DNA of 64,000 nt from an uncultured Acidobacteriota bacterium (GTDB lineage: Bacteria; Acidobacteriota; Thermoanaerobaculia; Multivoradales; UBA5704): contig OY969474.1 in the NCBI GenBank assembly GCA_963700145.1, forward strand, positions 1,184,001 through 1,248,000, written 5' to 3'. The position numbers were made by a program, and so were the translations under genes. Positions 56,142 through 64,000 of this stretch are shown here, one piece after another (the first letter of the stretch is position 1; the number at the start of each line of letters is the position of its first letter). The notes under the pieces were generated by a model that did not search any database, was not told the origin of the DNA, and saw nothing but the letters and a program-made list of their open reading frames with translations.

Positions 56142-58313
56142 TCAGCCGTCGCGCCGCGCTTGCGTGACCACTGCGAAGGGCGCCGTCGCCTTGACCGCCG
56201 CGCCGCTCGGCTCGGCGAGCGTCACTTCGAGCCGGTAGTCCCCCGGCGCCAGCCCTTCCGGCCGGAAGGTGGCGAGGACGCGCGCGAGGTCGCCCTCGCC
56301 CTTGAGGCGGCCGATGCCGCTCAGCACGCCGCCGGCGACCGGCGTGCCGTCGGCGGCGAGCACCCGGCCGCTCACGACCAGGTCGCCTGCGACCAGATGG
56401 TAGGCGCTCAAGAAGAGGCGTGTCTCCTCCCCGGCGGCGAGGCGCGGCCGCGGCGCGGGCACGAAGGGCTGCGCCCCCAGCCGGAACGGGTACTCGGCCT
56501 CCTCCGCCTCCGCGCCCGCCTCGCGCAGGGTCAGGGTGCCCTCCTCGGCGGCGACGAAGAAGGGCGGCAGGAGCCGCTTGGCGATCCGCAGCGGGTCGGG
56601 GACGGCGAGCGGCACGACCGCCAGCGTCGTGCGACCGCTGGCGGTGCCGCGCACCAGCAGGCGCAGCTCGTGCTCGCCGGGCGGGACCGCGAGGTCGGCG
56701 ACGAAGCGCAGCCTGCCGCCGGTGGCCGTGGCCGAGCGCTCGGCATCGAGCTGGAGCTGCTGGGCGAAGAAGTCCTGCACCCGTCCCTCGCCGTCGAAGA
56801 CGTAGCCGTAGAGCTCGAGCCCGAGGCCCTCCGCCGTCTTCTCGGCGGCGAGCGCCGCGCCCTCGACCTCGACGACGACTGGCACGTAGCCGCGCTCCGC
56901 GCCGGCCTCCCCGGCGAACGGGATCGCCAGCACCGCGACCGGAATCTCGGCGTGCGGCTCGCCCGCCACGATCATCTCGGCGGCGGCGAAGCGACGCTCC
57001 GGCGCGCGTTGCTGCGCCAGCGGCAGCGGCGCGTAGTAGCCGGCCCGGTGGACGGCGCGGGCGCCGCGCGGGGCGCCCTTGAGCTCCACCCGCAGCTTGC
57101 GGAAGGCGCCGTCGGGCGGCACTTCGTCGCCGGAGAAGGTCAGGACGTAGGTCAGGCTGCTCGCCTCCAGCATCCGGCCCATCGCCGCGCCCAGGTCGTT
57201 GCTGTGGTTGAAGAACGTGCCGCCGGTCTCCTTGGCGAGGTAGAACATCCCCTCCGAGCCGATGCCGGTCGGGTCCCATTTGCCGGAGACGCCGAAGGGC
57301 TCGACGGTGTGGATGACCCAGCCGGAGCGGCGGAACTCCTCGAGCATGCGGTTGAGGTCGCCCATCGCCCCGGCGTTGCCGAGCAGCTCGCCGCCGCCGG
57401 GCATCGACGCGCTCTCGACGTCGTCCCCCATGATCAGGGCGTCGTCGAAGCCGTCGGAGAAGAAGACCAGCGCCTTCCGCCCTTCGACCTCGCGCATCAG
57501 CCGCGCCATGACCGCGAAGTTCTCGCTCAAGGCGGCGATCTGGCTCCGCCGCCCCTGGGTCACGAACGGCGTGGTGATGGCGTTCATGTCGGCCAGCGTC
57601 CCGCCGATGAACAGGCCGCCCCTGCCGCCGGCGTGGTCGGTGATCCACGTCAGCGTCTCCCCGGCCAGGCTCATCTCCCAGCCGGCGAGGCTGCCGAGGC
57701 CGCGGACGATGGCGCGGAAGTCGGGCGCCGTGAGGCCGAGCGGGTCGCGCTCGCCGCTCTCCGCCGCCTGCCGGCGCTGCCGCTCGGCCGCCTCGACGTC
57801 GTGCCGCAGCAGGACGGCCAGGGCGTCGAGCACGCGCTCCACCTGCCGCCGGTCGGAGGTGAAGCCGACCGGCATGACCACGCCATGGGCCGGGGTGTAG
57901 AAGGCCACGCCGACGAGGTCCTGCGGGTGGAGCCCGCGGGCGAGGAGCTGGCGCGCCGCCGCCTCGGACTTCTGCAGCGAGTTGGGGCCGGTGAAGGCGA
58001 GGTCGAAGAGAAGGAGGAGGTTGCGGCGCGCGGCGGGCGGGATCGGTGCCGGCCGGCCGCCGGCCGTGGCCGCGAGGTCCACGACCTCCACCGAGGTGAC
58101 GGCGCGCCGCACCTTGCCGTCCCAGACCTCGAAGTTCTCGGCCGTCAGCCCGCGCACCGGCTTGCCGTCCTGGACCACCTGGACGGGGACCTCGACGACC
58201 ACGACGGAGGTCTCCTCGCGGAAGCCCTCCGGCGCCGGCGCCTGCGCGGAGGCGGCGGGGACGAGCGCGAGCGCGGCGGCGAGCGCGGCGCAGGCGATGG
58301 CGCCGCGGCTCAC
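56142..58313 (-). CDS. Secreted VWA-domain protein, paralog 3
   Basis: Same motif series as its neighbours; GTG overlaps the upstream stop. Confidence 0.85.
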   Translation of the reverse strand: MSRGAIACAALAAALALVPAASAQAPAPEGFREETSVVVVEVPVQVVQDGKPVRGLTAENFEVWDGKVRRAVTSVEVVDLAATAGGRPAPIPPAARRNLLLLFDLAFTGPNSLQKSEAAARQLLARGLHPQDLVGVAFYTPAHGVVMPVGFTSDRRQVERVLDALAVLLRHDVEAAERQRRQAAESGERDPLGLTAPDFRAIVRGLGSLAGWEMSLAGETLTWITDHAGGRGGLFIGGTLADMNAITTPFVTQGRRSQIAALSENFAVMARLMREVEGRKALVFFSDGFDDALIMGDDVESASMPGGGELLGNAGAMGDLNRMLEEFRRSGWVIHTVEPFGVSGKWDPTGIGSEGMFYLAKETGGTFFNHSNDLGAAMGRMLEASSLTYVLTFSGDEVPPDGAFRKLRVELKGAPRGARAVHRAGYYAPLPLAQQRAPERRFAAAEMIVAGEPHAEIPVAVLAIPFAGEAGAERGYVPVVVEVEGAALAAEKTAEGLGLELYGYVFDGEGRVQDFFAQQLQLDAERSATATGGRLRFVADLAVPPGEHELRLLVRGTASGRTTLAVVPLAVPDPLRIAKRLLPPFFVAAEEGTLTLREAGAEAEEAEYPFRLGAQPFVPAPRPRLAAGEETRLFLSAYHLVAGDLVVSGRVLAADGTPVAGGVLSGIGRLKGEGDLARVLATFRPEGLAPGDYRLEVTLAEPSGAAVKATAPFAVVTQARRDG

Positions 58314-60463
58314 GAGGGGCCGCCGACGCGGAACGGCGCCGAGGCGCTGAGCCTCCCCCCTTGCGGCTCGACCAGCGTCACCTGCAACCGGTAGGCGCCG
58401 GGGGCGAGGCCTTCCGGCCGGAAGGTGGCGAGCACGCGGTCGAGGCCGTCGCCGGCGGTGACCCTGCCGAGGCCGGTCAGGACGCCGCCCGCCACCGGCT
58501 GGCCGTCGGCTGCGAGCACCCGCCCGCTGACCCGCAGATCGCCGGTCGCCAGGTGGTAGCCGGCGACGAAGAGGCGCACCTCCTCGCCGGCGGCCAGCTT
58601 CGGGTCGGCCTCGGGCACGAACGGCTGCTCGCCGAGCCGGAAGGGGTAGCCGGTGCCGGCCGCGTCGGCGCCCGCCTCGCGCACCGTCAGCGCGGAGTCG
58701 CCGCCGGCGACGAAGAAGGGGGGCAGCAGGCGCTTGGCGACGCGCTGCGGAGTGGGCACGACGAGCGGGATGACGTCGAGGGTCGTCTTGCCGCTGGCGC
58801 CGCCGCGCACCAGGAGGCGCAGCTCATGCTCGCCGGGCGGCAGCCGCAGGTCGCCGACGAAGCGCACGCCGGCGGCGCCGGCCGCGGCCGCCCGCTCGGG
58901 GTCGAGCCGGAGCTGCTGCGCGAAGAAGTCCTGCACCCGTCCCTCGCCGTCGAAGGCGTAGGCGTAGAGCTCGAGGGCCGCGCCCTCGGCCGTCGTCTCG
59001 GCGGCGAGCGCCGCGCCGTCGATCTCGACGACGACCGGCACGTAGCCGCGCTCCTCCGTCCCCTCGAACGGGGTGGCGAGGACCGCCACCGGGATCTCGG
59101 CGCGCTCCTCCCCCGCCACCACGAGGTCGGCGGCGGCGAAGCGGCGTTCCACCCCCTGCCGCTGCGACGCCGGGGTCGGCGCGTGCCAGCCGGCACGGTG
59201 GACGACGCGGGCGCCGCGCGGCGCGCCCTTGAGCTCCACCCGCAGCTTGCGGAAGGCGCCGTCGGCGGGCACGTCGTCGGCCGGGAAGCTGAGGAGGTAG
59301 GTCTGGCTGCTCGCCGCGAGCATCCTCTCCATCGCCTCGCCCAGCCTGTTGGTATTGTTGAAGTAGGTGCCGCCGGTCTGGTTGGCGACGTAGAAAAGCC
59401 CCTCCTCGCCGACCCCTCCGCGACCGACGCCGGCCGTCTCGACGGAGTGGATGACCCACCCGGAGCGGCGGAACTCCTCGAGCATGCGGTTGAGGTCGTT
59501 GAGAGCGCGGGAGTTGCCGTAGAGGGTGCCGCCCACCCCGGCGCTGGCGGACCGCTCGTTTCGCTGCCCCATCATCACGTCGTCGTCGAAGCCTTCGGAG
59601 AAAAAGACCAGCGTCTTGCGCCCCTCGACCTCGCGCAGCATGCGCGCGAGCGCGCCGAGGTCTTCGGTCATCGCTCCGACCTTGCCGCGCTTCGCCTCCG
59701 CGATGTGCGGGTTCATGATGGCCGCCATGTGGCCGAGGGCGTTGGCCAGGAGGTCGAGGGCTTGGGGGCCCATCTGGAGGGAGATCCAGGACAGCGCCTC
59801 TCCCGAGAGCGCCACGTCGACCCCCGCCAGGCTGCCGAGACCGTGGACCAGGGACGGGAAGTCGGCCGCGGCGAGCCCCAGCGGGTCCTTGCCGCGCGCC
59901 TCCTGCGCCTGCCGGCGCTGGCGCTCGGCGGCCGCGACGTCGCCGCGCAGGAGCACGGCGAGGGCGTCGAGGACGCGCTCCACCTGCCGCCGGTCGGAGG
60001 TGAAGCCGACCGGCATTGCCAGCCCGCGCGTCGGGCTGTAGAGGGCGACGCCCACCAGGTCCTGCGGGTGGAGGCCTCGCGCCAGGAGGTCGCGCGCGGC
60101 GGTCTCGGCCCTCTCCAGCGACTGCCGGTTGGAGAAGGCGAGGTCGAAGAGGAGGAGGAAGTTGCGCCGGGCGGCGGTGGGCACCCGCGGCGGGCGCCCT
60201 CCGGGCGCGGCCGGAGCCGCCAGGTCCACCACCTCGAAGGAGGTGATCGGGCGGCGCACCTCGCCGTCCCAGACCTCGAAGTTCTCGGCCGTGAGGCCGC
60301 TCACCGGCTTGCCGTCCTTGACCACCTGCACCGGGACCTCGACCACGACGACCGAGGTCTGGTCCTGGAACTTCTCCTGCGCCGCGGTGGCGCCCGGCCC
60401 CAGCACGGGCAGGACCATCAGCGCGACGACGGGGACAAGGAAAGACGACAAACGACGCCTCAC
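58310..60463 (-). CDS. Secreted VWA-domain protein, paralog 2
   Basis: Same motif series (LLFDL, GRK.LVFFSEG, NQTGG); overlaps both neighbours. Confidence 0.85.
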   Translation of the reverse strand: MRRRLSSFLVPVVALMVLPVLGPGATAAQEKFQDQTSVVVVEVPVQVVKDGKPVSGLTAENFEVWDGEVRRPITSFEVVDLAAPAAPGGRPPRVPTAARRNFLLLFDLAFSNRQSLERAETAARDLLARGLHPQDLVGVALYSPTRGLAMPVGFTSDRRQVERVLDALAVLLRGDVAAAERQRRQAQEARGKDPLGLAAADFPSLVHGLGSLAGVDVALSGEALSWISLQMGPQALDLLANALGHMAAIMNPHIAEAKRGKVGAMTEDLGALARMLREVEGRKTLVFFSEGFDDDVMMGQRNERSASAGVGGTLYGNSRALNDLNRMLEEFRRSGWVIHSVETAGVGRGGVGEEGLFYVANQTGGTYFNNTNRLGEAMERMLAASSQTYLLSFPADDVPADGAFRKLRVELKGAPRGARVVHRAGWHAPTPASQRQGVERRFAAADLVVAGEERAEIPVAVLATPFEGTEERGYVPVVVEIDGAALAAETTAEGAALELYAYAFDGEGRVQDFFAQQLRLDPERAAAAGAAGVRFVGDLRLPPGEHELRLLVRGGASGKTTLDVIPLVVPTPQRVAKRLLPPFFVAGGDSALTVREAGADAAGTGYPFRLGEQPFVPEADPKLAAGEEVRLFVAGYHLATGDLRVSGRVLAADGQPVAGGVLTGLGRVTAGDGLDRVLATFRPEGLAPGAYRLQVTLVEPQGGRLSASAPFRVGGPS

Positions 60464-62628
60464 GAGGGGCCTCCAGAGACGCGGAAGGGTGCCGAGGCGG
60501 TCAAGGCACCCCCTCGCGGTTCGATGAGAGTCACGACGAGCCGATAGGCGCCCGGCGCCAGCCCCTCCGGGCGGAAGGTGGCGAGGACGCGGTCGAGGCC
60601 GTCGCCGGCGGTGACCCGGCCGAGGCCGGTCAAGACGCCGCCCGCCACCTCCTTGCCGTCGGCCCCCAGCACCTTGCCGCGCAGCCGCAGGTCGCCGGTG
60701 GCCAGCTGGTAGCCGGCGAGGAAGAGGCGCACGTCCTCGCCCGCCGCGAGCAACGGGTCTGGCTCGGGCACGAACGGCTGCTCGCCGAGCCGGAAGGGGT
60801 AGGCGTCGTCGGCCGGCGCGGCAGCGGCCTCGCGCACCGTCAGCGCCGCGCCGTCACCGGCGATGAAGAAAGGCTGCAGCAGGCGCTTGGCGATCCGCTC
60901 CGGGCTGGGGACGGTGAGCGGCACGACGCGCAGCGTCGTCTTGCCGGTGGCGCCGCCGCGCACCAGCAGGCGCAGCACGTGCTCCCCGGGCGGGAGCTGC
61001 AAGTCGCCGACGAAGCGGAGGCCGCCGGCCGTTGCCGTGGCGGTGCGCTCGGCGTCGAGCTGGAGCTGCTGGGCGAAGAAGTCCTGCACCCGCCCCTCGC
61101 CGTCGAAGGCGTAGGCGTAGAGCTCGAGGGCCGCGGTGTCGCCGCTCTTTTCGGCGGCTACCGCCGGCCCCGCCACCTCGATCACCACCGGCACGTAGCC
61201 GCGCTCCTCGGCGCCGGTGAAGGGCGTGGCCAGCACCGCCAGCGGGATCTCCGAGCGCTCCTCGCCGGAGACGATCAGCTCGGCGGCGCGGAAGCGGCGC
61301 TCGCCGACGCTGCGGCGCTCCGCGGCGAGCGGCGCGTAGTAGCCGGCGCGGTGGGTCAGGCGGGCGCCGCGCGGCGCCCCCTTGAGCTCCACCCGCAGCT
61401 GGTGGAAGGCGCCGTCCGGCGGCACCTCGTCGGCCTGGAAGGTGAGGACGTAGGTCAGACGGCTGGCCTGGAGCATCCGCTCCATCGCCTCGCCGAGATT
61501 GTTGGTCTGACGGAAGAAGGTGCCGCCGGTCTCGTTGGCCAGGTAGGCGAGGCCTTCGCTGCCGACCCCGGTCTCGTCCCAGTTGCCGGACAGGCCGAAG
61601 GACTCGACGGTGTGGATCACCCAGCCGGCGCGGCGGAACTCCTCGACCATGAGGAAGAGGTCCTTGAGCATCTGCGCGTTGCCCAGGAGCTGCCCGTTGT
61701 TGAGCCCGCCGACCTGGTTGCGGGCCTCGTCGCCGAGCATCAGCGCGTCGTCGAAGCCGTCGGAGAAGTAGACCAGGGCCTTCCGCCCCTCGACGTCGCG
61801 GGTGGCGCGCGCGATGTCGGTGAAGGTGTCGGTGAAGGCGCGCACCTGGCCGCGGCGGGACTCGTTGAGGAACGGGGTGTGGATGGCGTCCATGCCGGCC
61901 AGGGCCTCGAGGAGCAGCCCGGCGCCGCGGCCGGCCATCGCGTCCGAGACCCAGGTCAGCGCCTCGCCGGCGGCGCTGATCTCGATGCCCGCCAGCCGGC
62001 TGATGCCGTTGACGACGGCGGTGGCGTCGGCGGCGGTCAGGCCCAGCGGATCGCGCGCGCCCTGCTGCGCCGCTTCGGCCTGCAAGCGGGCGGCGGCCTC
62101 GCGGTCGCGGCGGAAGAGGGCGGCGATGGCGTCGAGCACGCGCTCCACCTGCCGGCGGTCGGAGGTGAAGCCGACCGGCAGGACGACGCCGCGCTGCGAG
62201 GTGTAGAGCGCCACCCCCACCAGGTCCTGCGGGTGGAGGCCGCTGGCGAGGAGCTCGCGCGCGCCGCGCTCGGCGCGATCGAGCGAGCGGTGGCTGGTGA
62301 AGGCGAGGTCAAAGAGCAGGAGGATGTTGCGCCGGGCGACCGGAGGGACCGGCGCCGGTGCGGCGGCCTCACCGGGGGCCGTCGCGCCGAGGTCCACGAT
62401 CTCGAAACCGGTGATCGGACGCGGCGCTTTGCCCTCGAAGATCGCGAAGTTGGCGGCGGTCAGGCCGCGCACCGGCTGGCCGTCCTTGACCACCTCGACC
62501 GGCACCTCGACGACGACGACCGAGGTCTCGTCGCGGAAGGTGTCGGTCTGCGGTGCGGCGGGGGCGGCGAGGGCGAGCAGGAGAGAGGCGGCGATCGGGG
62601 CGCGGAAAATAGACCTGCAGCCAAGCAT
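60460..62628 (-). CDS. Secreted VWA-domain protein, paralog 1
   Basis: Same motif series; GGAGG RBS before ATG 62628. Confidence 0.85.
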   Translation of the reverse strand: MLGCRSIFRAPIAASLLLALAAPAAPQTDTFRDETSVVVVEVPVEVVKDGQPVRGLTAANFAIFEGKAPRPITGFEIVDLGATAPGEAAAPAPVPPVARRNILLLFDLAFTSHRSLDRAERGARELLASGLHPQDLVGVALYTSQRGVVLPVGFTSDRRQVERVLDAIAALFRRDREAAARLQAEAAQQGARDPLGLTAADATAVVNGISRLAGIEISAAGEALTWVSDAMAGRGAGLLLEALAGMDAIHTPFLNESRRGQVRAFTDTFTDIARATRDVEGRKALVYFSDGFDDALMLGDEARNQVGGLNNGQLLGNAQMLKDLFLMVEEFRRAGWVIHTVESFGLSGNWDETGVGSEGLAYLANETGGTFFRQTNNLGEAMERMLQASRLTYVLTFQADEVPPDGAFHQLRVELKGAPRGARLTHRAGYYAPLAAERRSVGERRFRAAELIVSGEERSEIPLAVLATPFTGAEERGYVPVVIEVAGPAVAAEKSGDTAALELYAYAFDGEGRVQDFFAQQLQLDAERTATATAGGLRFVGDLQLPPGEHVLRLLVRGGATGKTTLRVVPLTVPSPERIAKRLLQPFFIAGDGAALTVREAAAAPADDAYPFRLGEQPFVPEPDPLLAAGEDVRLFLAGYQLATGDLRLRGKVLGADGKEVAGGVLTGLGRVTAGDGLDRVLATFRPEGLAPGAYRLVVTLIEPRGGALTASAPFRVSGGPS

Positions 62629-62776
62629 TGAACCCTCCAGGATCAACGGATCTCTAACGTGGAGCCTAGCAAGCCGGCTGCCACCGGCGCAGGGTTCATG
62701 GAATCAGTGACTTCCGCCCCGCGGCGCGCTGCGCGAGCACCCCTGCCGTCCTCGCCCGCGGACTCGCCTGTCCACG

Positions 62777-64000
62777 CTACCTGCTCGCCAGCTTCTCCTC
62801 CAGGTACGCGACCGCCCGCTCCAGCACCTCGTCGCGGCCGGCGCGCAGGCCGGCCAGGGTGGGCGCGGCCGGCACGTCCGGCTGGAGGCCGAGCCGCTGC
62901 AGCTGCCGGCCGTCGGCGTGGCGCACGTCGTGGCCGGTGAAGGAGACCCGGATGCCGCCGGGGAGCGCGAAGTTGGTGACGTCGCCGTTGGCGCCGGCGG
63001 TGGGCTCGCCGACGAAGACGGTGCCGGACGCCGCTTCCAGGAAGAGCCCGGTGTGCTCGGCCTGGCTGATCGCCCGCTCGTCGATCAGCATCACCGTCTC
63101 GCCCTGATAGACCCAGTCCCCCTCCGCCGTCTCGGGGACCGGCTGGGCGAAGTAGTACCCCGCGTCGGCCAGCCCGAAGGCGTCGGCGCTCACCTCGCGG
63201 CGGCGGAAGAGCGCCGCCACCTTGGCGCCGCGCCGGTTGAGGCGCGGCGCCAGCGCCCAGGCGGTGCCGTTGGGGTAGCCGCGCATGTCGAAGACGAGCG
63301 CCGAGGTGTCGCGCAGCTCGTCGAGCATCGCGCCCACTTGCTCGACCTCCAGCCACTGCAGGTCGACGTAGCCGATGCGCGGCGTCAGGCGCCGCCAGGG
63401 CTTCCCCGCCGGCGGCGCCGGCCGCCAGTCGGTGCCGCGCTTCACCTCGACCCGCCGCCGCGCGCCGTCCGCCTCCTCGACCTCCAACACCGCGGTCGAG
63501 TCGGGCGGCCCGGCGAGCGCCCGCCGCGCCGCCCGCACCCGCCGCGTGGTCTCGGTCGAAGCGGTGGTGAGCGGCAGGAGCCGCTCCATCCGCGCCGCCA
63601 GCGGCTCGCCGTCCACCGCCAGCACGACGTCGCCCGGGCGCAGACCGGAGACCGCGGGATCGACCGTGATGACCGTCACCCGGCCTTCGATCAGCCGCAC
63701 GTCCACCGGCGGCCGGGCGGGGCCGCCCTCGAGACGCGCGATCGCGGGGTGCCCCGAGACGCGGGTGTGGCCGTCGGCGACGTGCGCCATCAGCTCCAGC
63801 ACGGCGCGCGCGTAGGCCTCCTGGCCCTCGGCCGCCGCGAAGGTCGGGAGGGCGGCGAGGAAGGCGGCGTCCCAGTCGTCGATCAGCTCGAGATAGGGGT
63901 AGAAGTGCTGGATCACCCCCCAGGCCCGGCAGGCGGCGAGGAGCCGCATGCCGAGGGGCGGCGCCAGCATCTCCGGGTAGTCCGCCGCGGGGCGGTCGGC
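62777..64000 (-). CDS. S41-family peptidase with PDZ-like domain, 3' part (extends beyond the window end)
   Basis: HFYPY, DGHT, PGDV.LAVDG, IGYV.L, VFDMRGYP, AISQAEH, TAGANG, G.QPD, DEVLERA; the frame is open to the window edge. Confidence 0.88.
   Translation of the reverse strand, partial: ADRPAADYPEMLAPPLGMRLLAACRAWGVIQHFYPYLELIDDWDAAFLAALPTFAAAEGQEAYARAVLELMAHVADGHTRVSGHPAIARLEGGPARPPVDVRLIEGRVTVITVDPAVSGLRPGDVVLAVDGEPLAARMERLLPLTTASTETTRRVRAARRALAGPPDSTAVLEVEEADGARRRVEVKRGTDWRPAPPAGKPWRRLTPRIGYVDLQWLEVEQVGAMLDELRDTSALVFDMRGYPNGTAWALAPRLNRRGAKVAALFRRREVSADAFGLADAGYYFAQPVPETAEGDWVYQGETVMLIDERAISQAEHTGLFLEAASGTVFVGEPTAGANGDVTNFALPGGIRVSFTGHDVRHADGRQLQRLGLQPDVPAAPTLAGLRAGRDEVLERAVAYLEEKLASR

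Overview
A very GC-rich bacterial window. Its gene families (acidobacterial-type VWA proteins, a C-terminal FYTLPPCR domain, GTCATCCCGAGC-type palindromes) suggest Acidobacteriota, possibly Thermoanaerobaculia; this is an inference. The backbone carries an alpha-glucan/trehalose operon (glgE, treS-maltokinase fusion, malQ, glgB partial), an ExeA/ExeB-like pair, ada, tatD, metG, several peptidases and four tandem VWA-domain paralogs. Five visibly less GC-rich accessory patches interrupt it. (1) About 8.3-12.3 kb: methyltransferase, HTH protein and a two-gene secreted module whose downstream protein resembles the FrpC self-processing module but has Cys-Pro instead of Asp-Pro. (2) About 19.9-27.1 kb: a six-gene phospho-signalling operon (PP2C, Zn-ribbon-FHA, FHA-TM-trypsin, non-RD kinase, secreted protein, RD kinase). 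(3) About 31.6-33.3 kb: a repeat-bearing HEPN-like predicted nuclease. (4) About 35.2-40.4 kb: a TIR-iSTAND / MoxR / vWA-TM-OmpA ternary conflict-like system. (5) About 51.2-53.4 kb: TIR protein, Zn-ribbon protein and an RHH-PIN toxin-antitoxin pair. Notable non-coding structure includes two unrelated intergenic arrays with a 21-bp period at the right edges of islands 1 and 5. There is also a back-to-back pair of GAACC-N16-GGACT promoter-like motifs linking an ECF sigma / anti-sigma / subtilase operon to a divergent cupredoxin / cytochrome c / beta-barrel operon. No rRNA, tRNA, CRISPR array, integrase or transposase was recognised. All family assignments come from motif recognition by eye, not database searches.
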